This document shows positions 26,209-35,999 of a stretch of 64,000 nucleotides of DNA, in pieces. The notes under the pieces were generated by a model, which saw only the letters and a program-made list of their open reading frames with translations, did not search any database and was not told the DNA's origin. The stretch spans positions 3,648,001 to 3,712,000 of the forward strand of contig JBKAGP010000001.1 of NCBI GenBank assembly GCA_046290465.1. The letters are read 5' to 3'. Source of the stretch: Planctomycetota bacterium (GTDB lineage: Bacteria; Planctomycetota; UBA1135; UBA2386). The position numbers were made by a program, and so were the translations under genes. How positions within the stretch are numbered: position 1 is the stretch's first letter; every line of letters begins with the position of its first letter.

Positions 26209-28131
26209 TCAGAACACCCGGAACGTCGTCGGCTCGGCCAGATAGGCAGCGCCAGCAGCCCGCAGGAACAGCGGCTGCACGAACCACTCGCTGCCCGCGA
26301 ACACCGGCAGCGCCGGGATCGTGACCGTGAAGTCGAGGGTGTGCCCGGCACCGGACTGGCCATACAGCGCGAGCGACGTCGCTGCCGGATCGAGCCATAG
26401 CTGGCCGAACGGCGGCAGGTTGATCCCGGCGGGTGCCCGCGGGCCGAAGCCGACCAGCGCGAACTCGCCGCTGTCGAGAAGCAGCTGATGACGCAGCGCC
26501 GAGCCGCGGCCGATCGCGACCAGGTCGTGCGGCAGACCCTGCCACGACGTGTGCTCGCCGAACTCCGAGAACATGTGCAGCCGGGACGCCGTTCGCGCCC
26601 ATGCAAACTGGCGCCAGACGCCGCGATCGAGCACCGGCTCGGACGTCACCCGTTCTCCGACACGGCCCGTTCTCGCCGAGTAGCCGAGGAGGCGGTTGCC
26701 CTCCTGTGCGAGCAGCACCGAACTGGCCCAACCCACCGACGAGACCTCGGGCGCCCGGGAACCGACCGCGATCGGCACGGCCAGCCAGCGCGAACGCGCC
26801 GCGTCGAACACGTGCATCGTCGTGGCGTCGTAGGCGGCGAGCGCCGTCGAGAGCCCGTAGACCAGCTGCAGGCCCGGCATCGCCAGCGGCACGAACGCCC
26901 CGTCGTGCGCCGAGAAGCCGACCAGTCCGCCGCTGGTCGACAGGATCGCACCGTTGTCGCCGAAGGACCACGGCGACTGCGCGCCGGCAGGCGCGGGATA
27001 CCACTGCCCGGTGAGCCCACTGAACAGCCACATCTGCCCGCTGGAGTCGGTGCCCACCGCGACGTGGTCGCCGCCAACCGAACCCGTGCCCGGCGGCGTG
27101 CCGGGAAGCGGCGTCAGCTGGTTGGTGACCGCACTGAAGCCGAGCGTCGTGCCGCCGTCCTGGAACATGCCAACCGTCACCCCACCGACGTTGCCGGTGG
27201 CGCCCGCCGGCAACGGAACCCAGCTGCCACCGGTGCCGATCACGTGCATCGGCTGCCCGGCCGCGGCTCCGCGCACCAGCATCCCCGACAGCTCGTAGCC
27301 CGGACTGTTGCCGAACGTGTAGGTGGGATACGGCGTCTGCGCGAACTGGCCGTTGAGTCCGCAGTAGACCGCGCCGCGGTATTGGATCAGGTCGGAGCGA
27401 TCGTTCTCGACGATCGTTCCGCCCGACAGGTTGGTGGCCACCGGCAGCACGTCGAGCACGCCGCGCTGCGCCGAGAACCCGATGGTCTCGTTGGCGAACA
27501 GGAGCATCGCCGACCCGCCGTTGACGCGCACCCTGAGCGCGCCCGGCCGCGCCGGCAGGTCGTGCCATTGGCTTCGGAACGCGTCGAAGATCGCAGCCCC
27601 CTCGGTCGGCCCGCTGTAGGTCGAGTCGGCGAACACGCAGATGCGATCGTGCAGGGACATCGACCAGGTCGCCGGCACTGCGTGTGTCGACCAGGTGCCG
27701 GTGTAGGCCGAGAACACGTGCGCGGTGTCGTTGTGACGCACCACGAACAGGCCCGCCGAGATGTCCCAGGTCGAAGCCGAGAACGGCACCAACTGGGTCG
27801 CAAACGTGCCGCGGAACGGCGAGAACGCGGTCCAGCGATCCGACTCGGGCACGGCGACCAGATGGTCCTCGATCTGCTGGGACGTGCCGAAGCTCGGAGC
27901 GTGTGCGTACCACTGCCGCGTGATCGCCGAGTAGACACGCATGTAGAGGCCGTCGCGATACACGGCCACGGTGGCGCCGCGCGTGAACTTCGCCGGATCG
28001 ACCCCGCCCGGCGGGGACAGCGTGGCCCACGACGAAGGCGACTGGGCAAGGCCTGGGGTCGCGCTGCACATGGCGGCGATCGACAGACACACGGCGAGCC
28101 ACGTGGCGCGCTGGCAGATTGCATTCTTCAT
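26209..28131 (-). CDS. Secreted repeat protein (FSAxTGxW-type repeats, probable beta-propeller) with C-terminal beta domain
   Basis: AGGAGA RBS, signal peptide, recurring YSAITRQW / FSAYTGTW / FDAFRSQW / FSGLTGQW / FDAARSRW. Confidence 0.8.
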   Translation of the reverse strand: MKNAICQRATWLAVCLSIAAMCSATPGLAQSPSSWATLSPPGGVDPAKFTRGATVAVYRDGLYMRVYSAITRQWYAHAPSFGTSQQIEDHLVAVPESDRWTAFSPFRGTFATQLVPFSASTWDISAGLFVVRHNDTAHVFSAYTGTWSTHAVPATWSMSLHDRICVFADSTYSGPTEGAAIFDAFRSQWHDLPARPGALRVRVNGGSAMLLFANETIGFSAQRGVLDVLPVATNLSGGTIVENDRSDLIQYRGAVYCGLNGQFAQTPYPTYTFGNSPGYELSGMLVRGAAAGQPMHVIGTGGSWVPLPAGATGNVGGVTVGMFQDGGTTLGFSAVTNQLTPLPGTPPGTGSVGGDHVAVGTDSSGQMWLFSGLTGQWYPAPAGAQSPWSFGDNGAILSTSGGLVGFSAHDGAFVPLAMPGLQLVYGLSTALAAYDATTMHVFDAARSRWLAVPIAVGSRAPEVSSVGWASSVLLAQEGNRLLGYSARTGRVGERVTSEPVLDRGVWRQFAWARTASRLHMFSEFGEHTSWQGLPHDLVAIGRGSALRHQLLLDSGEFALVGFGPRAPAGINLPPFGQLWLDPAATSLALYGQSGAGHTLDFTVTIPALPVFAGSEWFVQPLFLRAAGAAYLAEPTTFRVF

Positions 28132-28271
28132 GACTCTCCTCGGGTGGGGCTGCGCAGCATATCCGATGTAACGCGTCCCGCAGGTCGATGGCTCCGCCGG
28201 GCGATAGCAGGGTGCCCTGGCCGGGTAGTTCCCGACCCAGTGCGCCAGGTCCCTGCGTAACGGTTGCTGCA

Positions 28272-29993
28272 ATGACCACGACCCACGCCCCATTGCTGCC
28301 GATCCTCGCGATCCTGACCCTGGTCGCCGGCATGCCATCCCAGAGCTGGCTTCCTGCGAGCCCGCTGCCCAACTGGAATGCGCCGACCTCGGTTACGACG
28401 CTCGCCTACGACCCGGCGCGCAGTCCGACCCAGAACGGCGCCGACCTGCACGTTGCGCTCGGCGCGCTGCAGCCGGGTGACGGCCTCGCGATCGGCCCGG
28501 GCACGTGGTCGGTGCCCTTCCGGCTCGACCTGTCCATCCAGGCGACGGCGAGCCAGCCGGTGTGGGTATTCGCGAGCGACCCGAACGACCGGCCGGTGAT
28601 CACGCGACCCGACAACCAGCAGAACTGCCTCAACGTCGGCAGCCTCGGCGTATCGCGTTTCCTGGTGCTGCGCGATCTCGAGTTTACCGGCGGCAGCGAC
28701 CTGATCCGCATCTACGACGGCTCGTCGACGTGGATCGACGGCTGCTACCTGCACGATGGCGACGGGGTCGGCATTGCCGTGCAGACCCAATCCTGCACAC
28801 ACCTGTATGTGACGCGCAACGAGATCGCGCGGCCAGGCCCCGGCAATGGCGAGGCGATCTACCTCGGCGGCAACTTCGGCTCGCTGCAGGTCACCGACTC
28901 GGTGGTCGCGTTCAACCATGTGCACGACACGCGCATGGCGGTGCCGGGTCAGGGCGACGGCATCGAGCTCAAGCAGGGCAGCACCCGCAACTGGATCGCG
29001 TGGAACCACGTGCACGACTGCAAGAACCCGTGCATCCTCGTCTACGGCACCGGCGGCGTCGACGAGAACGTGGTCGAGGGCAACCTGTGCTACGACAGTG
29101 ACGATGTCGTGCTACAGGTGCAGGGCGAGGCGATCGTGCGCAACAACGTCGCCATCGGCGGCTCGCGCGCGTTCACCAGCTTTGACCACCAGGGCATCTC
29201 GCAGCACCTGCAGCTGCTGCACAATACGTTCGTCAACGTCGGCCGCGCGTGCGAACTGAGCCGCTGGGGCGGCAGACCGGGCATGGTGTTCGCAAACAAC
29301 GCCTGCTACAGCACCAGCGCGGACAGCCTCTACTATGGCATCGGCGACCAGGGCGTGCTCGCGGCCGGCAACGTGCTGTTCGGCCCCAGCAACCAGACGG
29401 GCACGGGCTATCGGAGCGGCGCCGGGCTGAGTGACTTCGTCGCCGTCGATCCGGCGACCTTTCTGACCGACGCGCGACCGCGTCGGGGCGGTGCGCTCGA
29501 CAACGTCGGGGATCCGGAGTTCGCGCTGCCGCTGGACCTCACGCTGACCGCGCGCCGCCTGCCCGTCGATCCTGGCGCACGCCGCAGCTTGCCAACCCTG
29601 CTCGCCGACGTCGCGACGATTCCGGCTGCGACCGGTGGCGTGCAGACGCTGCAGCTTGCCCTCGGTGCCGGCTACGCCAACCAAACCCACGTACTCGCCG
29701 CGAGCACCAGCGGCACGATGCCGCTCGGCACACCGGCCCTGCTCGAGTTCGCCGGCTTCCACCTGCCGCTGGTGCCGGACTGGCTGTTCGTGCAAGCGAT
29801 CACCGGCCAGGCGCCCAACGCGCTCCCGGGCGGCATCGGCACGCTCGACGCGCAGGGCCGGACCACGGCGCGAGTCGTCGTGCCGGCACTCGGCCCGGCC
29901 GCGGCCGGCCTGACCATCACGGCCTGCATGGCCAGCATGCAGGGCGGCGTGGTCACGCATGTCAGCAATACGGTGACGTTGACGCTGCAGTGA
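28272..29993 (+). CDS. Secreted right-handed parallel beta-helix (pectin lyase-like) protein
   Basis: Signal peptide, GEAIYLG, NHVHDT, GDGIELKQGS..N.I..N.VHD, with Asn-ladder repeats. Confidence 0.85.
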   Translation: MTTTHAPLLPILAILTLVAGMPSQSWLPASPLPNWNAPTSVTTLAYDPARSPTQNGADLHVALGALQPGDGLAIGPGTWSVPFRLDLSIQATASQPVWVFASDPNDRPVITRPDNQQNCLNVGSLGVSRFLVLRDLEFTGGSDLIRIYDGSSTWIDGCYLHDGDGVGIAVQTQSCTHLYVTRNEIARPGPGNGEAIYLGGNFGSLQVTDSVVAFNHVHDTRMAVPGQGDGIELKQGSTRNWIAWNHVHDCKNPCILVYGTGGVDENVVEGNLCYDSDDVVLQVQGEAIVRNNVAIGGSRAFTSFDHQGISQHLQLLHNTFVNVGRACELSRWGGRPGMVFANNACYSTSADSLYYGIGDQGVLAAGNVLFGPSNQTGTGYRSGAGLSDFVAVDPATFLTDARPRRGGALDNVGDPEFALPLDLTLTARRLPVDPGARRSLPTLLADVATIPAATGGVQTLQLALGAGYANQTHVLAASTSGTMPLGTPALLEFAGFHLPLVPDWLFVQAITGQAPNALPGGIGTLDAQGRTTARVVVPALGPAAAGLTITACMASMQGGVVTHVSNTVTLTLQ

Positions 29994-30269
29994 GCTGGGG
30001 CGGGGCGGCGATCCAACTCGGGCCACCGCTGCAAGCGGGCGAGCGCCTCAACCATCGCGTCGAGGGCGTTGTCGAAGCCGTCTCCATGAACGGCTCGCTC
30101 CGATCGACCCATTGCGCATCAAGCTGCGAACCGTCTCGGTTGCACCTGGCGTGGGTTGCGGCTCAGAAGCACGAGCGCGACGCAGAACCATGTCGTCTCA
30201 CCGCCTGTCACGCTGAGCTTCGGCACAACGCGTCGACAGTTGCTGCGTGTCGTTGCGCAGCCTGGCTAG

Positions 30270-30776
30270 CTAGGCGAGGACAGGCGTACTCCGCCCCTGT
30301 CGCGTTTTCGACCGCGGCGCAATAGTCACCGCCAACGCTCCTTCGCCAAGCGCCAGACTCCACTGGCACCCCCGCCTCGACACGGCCACGTAGCGGAACG
30401 ACTGCGGCGGCATGAAGCCTGCCCAGGAGTCCCGAATTCGGGAGAGGGGAACTCCCAACTTGAAGCGCCACGCTCTCGCCACCGTGAGCGCGACAGCCTT
30501 CTTTGACCCTTGATAGTAATCTCGAAAACCGCTTCTGGATATCGCCGCACGCCCCCCAAATCGGCTCCAAATCGCGCTTGGTGCGCCAGTCACGATCTCC
30601 CCAACACGGAACGCACCCTCTAACGAGCGGACGCTACCCGTCGCGTAGACGAGAACTAGGCAGCCAGACTCAATCCGCGGCTGCGTGCGCCGCAACTCCA
30701 CGGTCTTGGTCCCTTCGATGATGGCCTCGGCATAGCGAGGCGACAGAGAGAGAAGCAGGGCACGTTCACCGCTCAT
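30270..30776 (-). CDS. ASCH-domain protein
   Basis: LLSLSPRYAEAIIEGTKTVELRR (GxKxxExR), VYAT, PPQSFRY. Confidence 0.88.
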   Translation of the reverse strand: MSGERALLLSLSPRYAEAIIEGTKTVELRRTQPRIESGCLVLVYATGSVRSLEGAFRVGEIVTGAPSAIWSRFGGRAAISRSGFRDYYQGSKKAVALTVARAWRFKLGVPLSRIRDSWAGFMPPQSFRYVAVSRRGCQWSLALGEGALAVTIAPRSKTRQGRSTPVLA

Positions 30777-30787
30777 GAGGACTGCGC

Positions 30788-32809
30788 TCAAGCGCGCTGG
30801 TAGAGATCGAAGAAGATCTCGCTCGAGATTTGCAGAGGACTCTGCAGATTGTTGCGTGAGCAGCCGTGATTCTCCAGGATGCATTGGACTTCGCCGAAGT
30901 CGACTGGGCGCAATAACTCCGTGTGCGAGAAGCGACACGCCATTATCAATGCACCTTCGTCGCCATGAGCAGTCTCAAGGACCTGCTCCCAGCTGTAGAC
31001 GCCAAGTCTCTTGAATTGTTTGAAGAGAACACTTGGCTTGTCGATCTGCACATCCTCAAGAAGCGACGCCGCTCGAATACTGCGTGGTCCCCTACTTACA
31101 TACCAGAGAAGGCGCGCCGGCGCCTTGATCCCCGTCCTAGCAGATCGGTAGTAGACATTCTCCAATGCAAATGCCAGCTCCGGCGGCACACCGAAGAGTG
31201 AATCTGCACCGAGGCGAGTCTCAAACATCGACTCCGCCCACCTCGACTGGATCGGAACAATCCAGTTGTCGATCGACAAATCCCTGAGCTTGCACGGCCA
31301 ATAGGTCTTTTCCATCTGAAGAGATGGATCATTGTCCATTTCCGTCATCGCAGCGACAGGGGGAGATGCCTCTTGGAGCATCGAGCGCGCGCTTTGCGCA
31401 ATGCTTGAGGCGAAGTTCGATTCATGGACCAGGCACTTCCACCAGGATCTCTCCGACCGCGAGAACCCGGCGTCTCGGAGGGCTGCCACGCTGCTATGGC
31501 AAAGCTTGGAATCCGTCACCTGAACCACATGAGAGCCCATCGTGGAAATCAATCCCATGACAGCTCTTCGAGCGACAGTCGGAGCCAACGGCGAACTACT
31601 GACCCGGAAAACAGTCACATCGAGCGATCTACTTCCAATCCCCCTCCAGCCCACGAGCATGATGGGGCTACCGCGAGCGTCGGAGATCTGCTGCAACCTC
31701 GCTGTGCGTGCAGAGGACAACAGTCCGGTGATGGCCCGTCGCAACTCGTATTTCTTCTCGCCAAGGTCCGTCCGAAGGAACGGGGAGACGTGCACGCTCT
31801 CGTCCAACTGACTCGGACGCGCAACGCGCATCAATGAGGACTCGAACCTCGCCGGCTCGTAGTCGGCTTCATTCCCAGCTCTGTCGATCGTGGCGATCAA
31901 CTCTGAAGGCCGCAGAACCTTAACTCCGAACTCCCTATCGATCTCCTCTCGCCACTTAAGCACTGCTTCGTCGCGCGTAGCGAAGAACTTTGCACCGCCC
32001 GCCACCACGTGAGCAATGTGACGCCGATCCGAATGATCGTTCCTAGTCCTCCCCGGGCCGATCAAACCTTGAACTCGCTTGAGGGCCTTGTCGAAGTCAG
32101 CTCCATCGCCCTCCGTGACTTCGAAGTCCCTTGCTCGAGCCTCGTGGTGTTTGCGCCGCCCCTTGTCCCGACCTCGACTGATCTCGACGTCGATTTCGGG
32201 CGTTAGCGACAACTTGATGAAGTCGGATAGCCAGTCTTCAAGTAGAGCCTCCGATTCGTGGGAATCCGACGACACGCGGACAAAATCATAAAATACTTGC
32301 GCATCAATCGCCGCGACTGGAAGCACCTGCTGCGCATCGACACCATCGAACAGACTGGATCCGGATATATGGTAACGCCATATCGTTAGCGGCTTCCGAT
32401 CCCTCCCTCGCCCAACGGCATCACCGGCACGTCGAAATCCAAGCTGTGGCCACACGTCGTTCTCTTCATAGTCATTACGGCAGCGAACGCGTATCGAAGA
32501 CAGATGGCGTGCTCTCTGTTTGAGTTCGTCGAACAGCGCGCGAGCGACACCCTCGCCTCGAAACCGTTTGTCGACGCAAAGGTGAGCAATGACCGCCGTC
32601 TCTGACCGCCGGTTTACTCGATACATGAGGTAGCCGGCGAGTGCGCTGTCATCAGGCAAGCTCGCTACAACGATCGTGCGTTGATTGGCCTCGAACGCCC
32701 CTCTCGGCATGAATCCGAGTGTCGACTTGTTCGAGTCTCCCAGCTTGATGACCGCCTCGAGTAGGCGACAACGGTCGCTGAGCCCTCCCACCACTAGTCC
32801 TTCTACCAT
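30788..32809 (-). CDS. GNAT acetyltransferase - PIN nuclease - PUA/EVE-like fusion protein
   Basis: IAHLCVDKRFRGEGVARAL (acetyl-CoA motif). AAIDAQVF...E...DRRHI...FFATRD (PIN acidic residues). C-terminal IVPIQSRWAESMF...ENVYYRS...LLWYVS. Confidence 0.8.
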   Translation of the reverse strand: MVEGLVVGGLSDRCRLLEAVIKLGDSNKSTLGFMPRGAFEANQRTIVVASLPDDSALAGYLMYRVNRRSETAVIAHLCVDKRFRGEGVARALFDELKQRARHLSSIRVRCRNDYEENDVWPQLGFRRAGDAVGRGRDRKPLTIWRYHISGSSLFDGVDAQQVLPVAAIDAQVFYDFVRVSSDSHESEALLEDWLSDFIKLSLTPEIDVEISRGRDKGRRKHHEARARDFEVTEGDGADFDKALKRVQGLIGPGRTRNDHSDRRHIAHVVAGGAKFFATRDEAVLKWREEIDREFGVKVLRPSELIATIDRAGNEADYEPARFESSLMRVARPSQLDESVHVSPFLRTDLGEKKYELRRAITGLLSSARTARLQQISDARGSPIMLVGWRGIGSRSLDVTVFRVSSSPLAPTVARRAVMGLISTMGSHVVQVTDSKLCHSSVAALRDAGFSRSERSWWKCLVHESNFASSIAQSARSMLQEASPPVAAMTEMDNDPSLQMEKTYWPCKLRDLSIDNWIVPIQSRWAESMFETRLGADSLFGVPPELAFALENVYYRSARTGIKAPARLLWYVSRGPRSIRAASLLEDVQIDKPSVLFKQFKRLGVYSWEQVLETAHGDEGALIMACRFSHTELLRPVDFGEVQCILENHGCSRNNLQSPLQISSEIFFDLYQRA

Positions 32810-33159
32810 CGCCGGAGCATGGTATTAGCACAGGGAGACTCTGAGCGCCACAAGTCCAGGGATGGTTGAGCTTCCGCGGACAAGGGAACCTCACGCGGCG
32901 CCGCGCTGCTTCGAAGCGCCCGCGCCAACTCGCCACGTGATGTCAAGCACGTCCCTGATGCGCTTCATCGCCGACTCAGCAACATGGCGTCATCTCACCC
33001 AAAGCTCGCAATCTGTTCGGCGCGATACGGTGTGGCAACTCCTGGACGTCCAACTAAAAAGACGGGCTTAGAAGGCGGTTGCACGACCCGATCGCAAAGC
33101 AGCGATGGCCGCACTGCGAGTTCGGGCTCTCCTAGACCCCCGAATTCAGACAACAAGAA

Positions 33160-33236
<77 letters not shown>

Positions 33237-33274
33237 CGACCGGGCGCACAGTCTACCGAGCCGACACCGCTGTT

Positions 33275-33736
33275 CTAGCCGTCACCTTCCGTCGTCGAAT
33301 CCGGCTTCGAGGCCCGTGGGATCTCCGGAGCATCCAGTGGCGTGTAGTCGAAGCTGGTGACCGGGTTGGGCTGGTCGATCCAGGCGCGGCGGAAGGTCCA
33401 GTCGAGCAGGTCGGCGGGGGCGCCGAAGAGGGCGTGGCAGCCGGCGGCGAGGCCGGTAGCGGGGAACATGATCAGCTCGTCCTTGCTGTGCTCGCCGAGG
33501 CCTTCGTCGCAGAGTTCGCTCAGCGGCCAAGTGATCGGCAGCAGCGCGACCGACGCGACGCCGCCGACGATGCCGCCGATCCAGCCGCCGACGCCGGCGG
33601 TCGTGCGCACCCAGGCAGGGCGGCCGAACTCCGGCGGCGGGCTGCTGTCGCCGAGCTGCTCGATCGTGTTCGGGATCGAGCAGGCGCCGAAGAACAGGAC
33701 CGGCAACAGGGACCAGCGGGACAGCCGTCGCGTCAT
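33275..33736 (-). CDS. Hypothetical lipoprotein / membrane protein
   Basis: LLPVLFFGAC lipobox followed by hydrophobic Gly-rich helices. Confidence 0.75.
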   Translation of the reverse strand: MTRRLSRWSLLPVLFFGACSIPNTIEQLGDSSPPPEFGRPAWVRTTAGVGGWIGGIVGGVASVALLPITWPLSELCDEGLGEHSKDELIMFPATGLAAGCHALFGAPADLLDWTFRRAWIDQPNPVTSFDYTPLDAPEIPRASKPDSTTEGDG

Positions 33737-33773
33737 GCGCGCATGGTAGCAGGCCGGCCCGGTGGCGCCCCGC

Positions 33774-34640
33774 CTACTTGCCGTTCTTGCGACGGTGCTC
33801 GTCCAGGCGAACGGCATCGCCGGCGGCGTCGTGCTTGTCGTCGAGCGCCCGCTGCAGGGCCTTGCGGGCGCTCATGCGCTGGCAGGCGCGGCGCAGGCGC
33901 TCGGCGACGATCGGGTCGCCGTCCTCGTGCTCGCGCACCAGCTTCTCGGCGTGCTCGATCACGAAGCCGGCGGACTCGAGGTCGCCCTTGACGATCCAGG
34001 CCTTGGCCAGGAAGTCCGCCGCGTCGATCGCCTGCCGCGGCGACGGCGCCGACTCGAGCGCCGCCTGGAACCGGGCGATCGCCGCGTCGATCTTGTCCTG
34101 GCTCTGCAGCATGCGCGCCATCCACAGACGCGCGCGCTGGGCGCGACTGGTCGCCGGGTCGACCTTCTCGGCGGCGGCGTAGGACTTCATCGCCTCCTCG
34201 AGGCGTTGCTGGCGGCGCTGCATGTCGGCGGCGCCGAGCAGGCCGCGCTGGCCGTACCGCGGTGCATCGCAGCTGGCCGCGTGCAGGTAGTCCTTCTCGG
34301 CGAGCAGCAGGCTGCCGTGGCGGCGCCACAGCTCGGCGGCCGACCATGCGGCGAGCGCCGCGGCCCGCGGCTCGGCTTCGAACCTCGCGACGCAGCGATC
34401 GAACGCCGACGCCGCCAGCTCGAGCGAACGCGCCCGCTCCGGCCCGTTCTTGCCGCGGCTGGCCTTGGCCAGCGCGCGCGCCTCGCCGATCGCGGCGCGC
34501 GCCGCGTCGCTGAGCTTGGGCGCGGTCGCGACCTTCTTGCTCGGCTCGTCGACCTTCGGCTCGACCTCCCCGGCCTGGGCGCACAGCGCCGCCACCGACA
34601 GCCAACCGACCAACAACATGCGAACGTCCTTCATCGTCAT
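33774..34640 (-). CDS. Secreted TPR-like protein
   Basis: Signal peptide and helical TPR-like repeats. ATGA-coupled to the sigma gene. Confidence 0.75.
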   Translation of the reverse strand: MTMKDVRMLLVGWLSVAALCAQAGEVEPKVDEPSKKVATAPKLSDAARAAIGEARALAKASRGKNGPERARSLELAASAFDRCVARFEAEPRAAALAAWSAAELWRRHGSLLLAEKDYLHAASCDAPRYGQRGLLGAADMQRRQQRLEEAMKSYAAAEKVDPATSRAQRARLWMARMLQSQDKIDAAIARFQAALESAPSPRQAIDAADFLAKAWIVKGDLESAGFVIEHAEKLVREHEDGDPIVAERLRRACQRMSARKALQRALDDKHDAAGDAVRLDEHRRKNGK

Positions 34641-35215
34641 CTCCGACCCTCCTCTTCTTCTCGATCGTCGAACCCGGCCGCACCGCGGACGAGTCCTTCC
34701 AACAGTCGCTGCACGCGTCGCCGCGCGCGGTGGATGCGGGTCTTGACGCACGCCTCGGTCCGACCGAAGCGGTGCGCAAGCTCCGCACAACAGAAGCCCT
34801 CGTGGAAGCCGAGCAGCAGGTGCTGGTCCAGCTCGGGCAGACGGTCCAGGACACGGTCGAGCCGATGCACGGCCCAGCCGAGCGGCACGGTGCGGGCGCC
34901 GATGCGCAGCGAGGCCTCGTCGGGCACGCGCGCGATGGGATCGTCCACGCCGTCGTCGCCGAACGGCACCAGCTGCAGCGGGCCGCGGTCTTTGCACTGC
35001 CGCAGCTTGCGCAGCCGCTGCCGACGCGTGATCGTGCGCACCGCTGCCAACAGCCGCGAAGTGCGGTCGAGTCGACCGACCCACTGCCAGGCCAGCACCG
35101 CCGCGTCCTGCGCGATCTCGTCGCGCAGCGCGCAGGTCATCGGATCGCGGAAGCGACGCAGGTAGTCCTGCGCCGCCGCCACAACCTCTCGCCATCGCTG
35201 CTCCCCCCGCTCCAT
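34637..35215 (-). CDS. ECF-type sigma-70 factor
   Basis: DEIAQDAAVLAW (region 2). LDRLPELDQHLLL...ELAHRFGRTEACVKTRIHRARRR (region 4). Confidence 0.8.
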   Translation of the reverse strand: MERGEQRWREVVAAAQDYLRRFRDPMTCALRDEIAQDAAVLAWQWVGRLDRTSRLLAAVRTITRRQRLRKLRQCKDRGPLQLVPFGDDGVDDPIARVPDEASLRIGARTVPLGWAVHRLDRVLDRLPELDQHLLLGFHEGFCCAELAHRFGRTEACVKTRIHRARRRVQRLLEGLVRGAAGFDDREEEEGRR

Positions 35216-35260
35216 GCACGGGCTAGTGGCAGCGGGGCGCGCACAGTGCGCCTCGAAAAC

Positions 35261-35965
35261 CTACGCGGTGACCTGGTCTTCGCGCGCGGCCTCGAGCACG
35301 TCCTCGCGCGCCTGCTGGCCGGTCAACTCCGCGATGCGCTGCATGATCAGGCGCGTCGCGTTCTGCAGGCGCTCACGTCGACCACCGCCCAGCGCGTCGA
35401 TCTCCTCGGGCAGGATCGGCCGGCCGTAGCGCACGACGACCTTCTTGAAGCGCGGCAGGATCGCCCCTGACGGCAGCGCCTCGGCGGCGCCGACCAGACC
35501 GACCGGCACGATCGGCAGGCCCTCGTTGAGCACCAGCGACACCGCGCCGGGACTGCCGAGCATCAGCTTGCCGTCGCGGCTGAGGCCGCCCTCCGGAAAG
35601 ATGCCGACGACCCGCTGCTGCTTCAGCACGGTCCTCGCCGCGCGCAGCGCCTCGCGGTTGCCGCCGCGCGCGCTCAGCGGGATCGTGCGGTTCCAGCGAT
35701 AGAACCAGCCAGCACCCGCCGAACGCCAGACCGTCTCGGTCATCAGGTAGATGACGCGGCGCCGCACCGACGCGCCGAGGATCACCGGATCGAGGAACGA
35801 CGTGTGGTTGGCGGCGAGCACGTAGCCGCCGCTCGCCGGCGGGGCACCCTCGACGCGCCAGCGGAAGCAGATCCGCATCATCAGGCGCACCCCGAAGCGG
35901 AACGCCCAGAACAGGGCTCTGTCCCACCGGGGCGGCGGGGTCGAGAGTCGGTCGTAGTCGATCAC
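35261..35965 (-). CDS. plsC: 1-acyl-sn-glycerol-3-phosphate acyltransferase (PlsC family)
   Basis: ANHTSFLD, IFPEG, PIVPV. Confidence 0.85.
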   Translation of the reverse strand: MIDYDRLSTPPPRWDRALFWAFRFGVRLMMRICFRWRVEGAPPASGGYVLAANHTSFLDPVILGASVRRRVIYLMTETVWRSAGAGWFYRWNRTIPLSARGGNREALRAARTVLKQQRVVGIFPEGGLSRDGKLMLGSPGAVSLVLNEGLPIVPVGLVGAAEALPSGAILPRFKKVVVRYGRPILPEEIDALGGGRRERLQNATRLIMQRIAELTGQQAREDVLEAAREDQVTA

Positions 35966-35999
35966 GGTCGGTCGGTGATGCTACGACAGGAGCCGCGGC

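Noticed and set aside
29994..33159. Integrative element with att sites at tRNA-Val
   Set aside because: I found no integrase and no duplicate of the tRNA 3' end. Only the compositional shift supports foreign origin.
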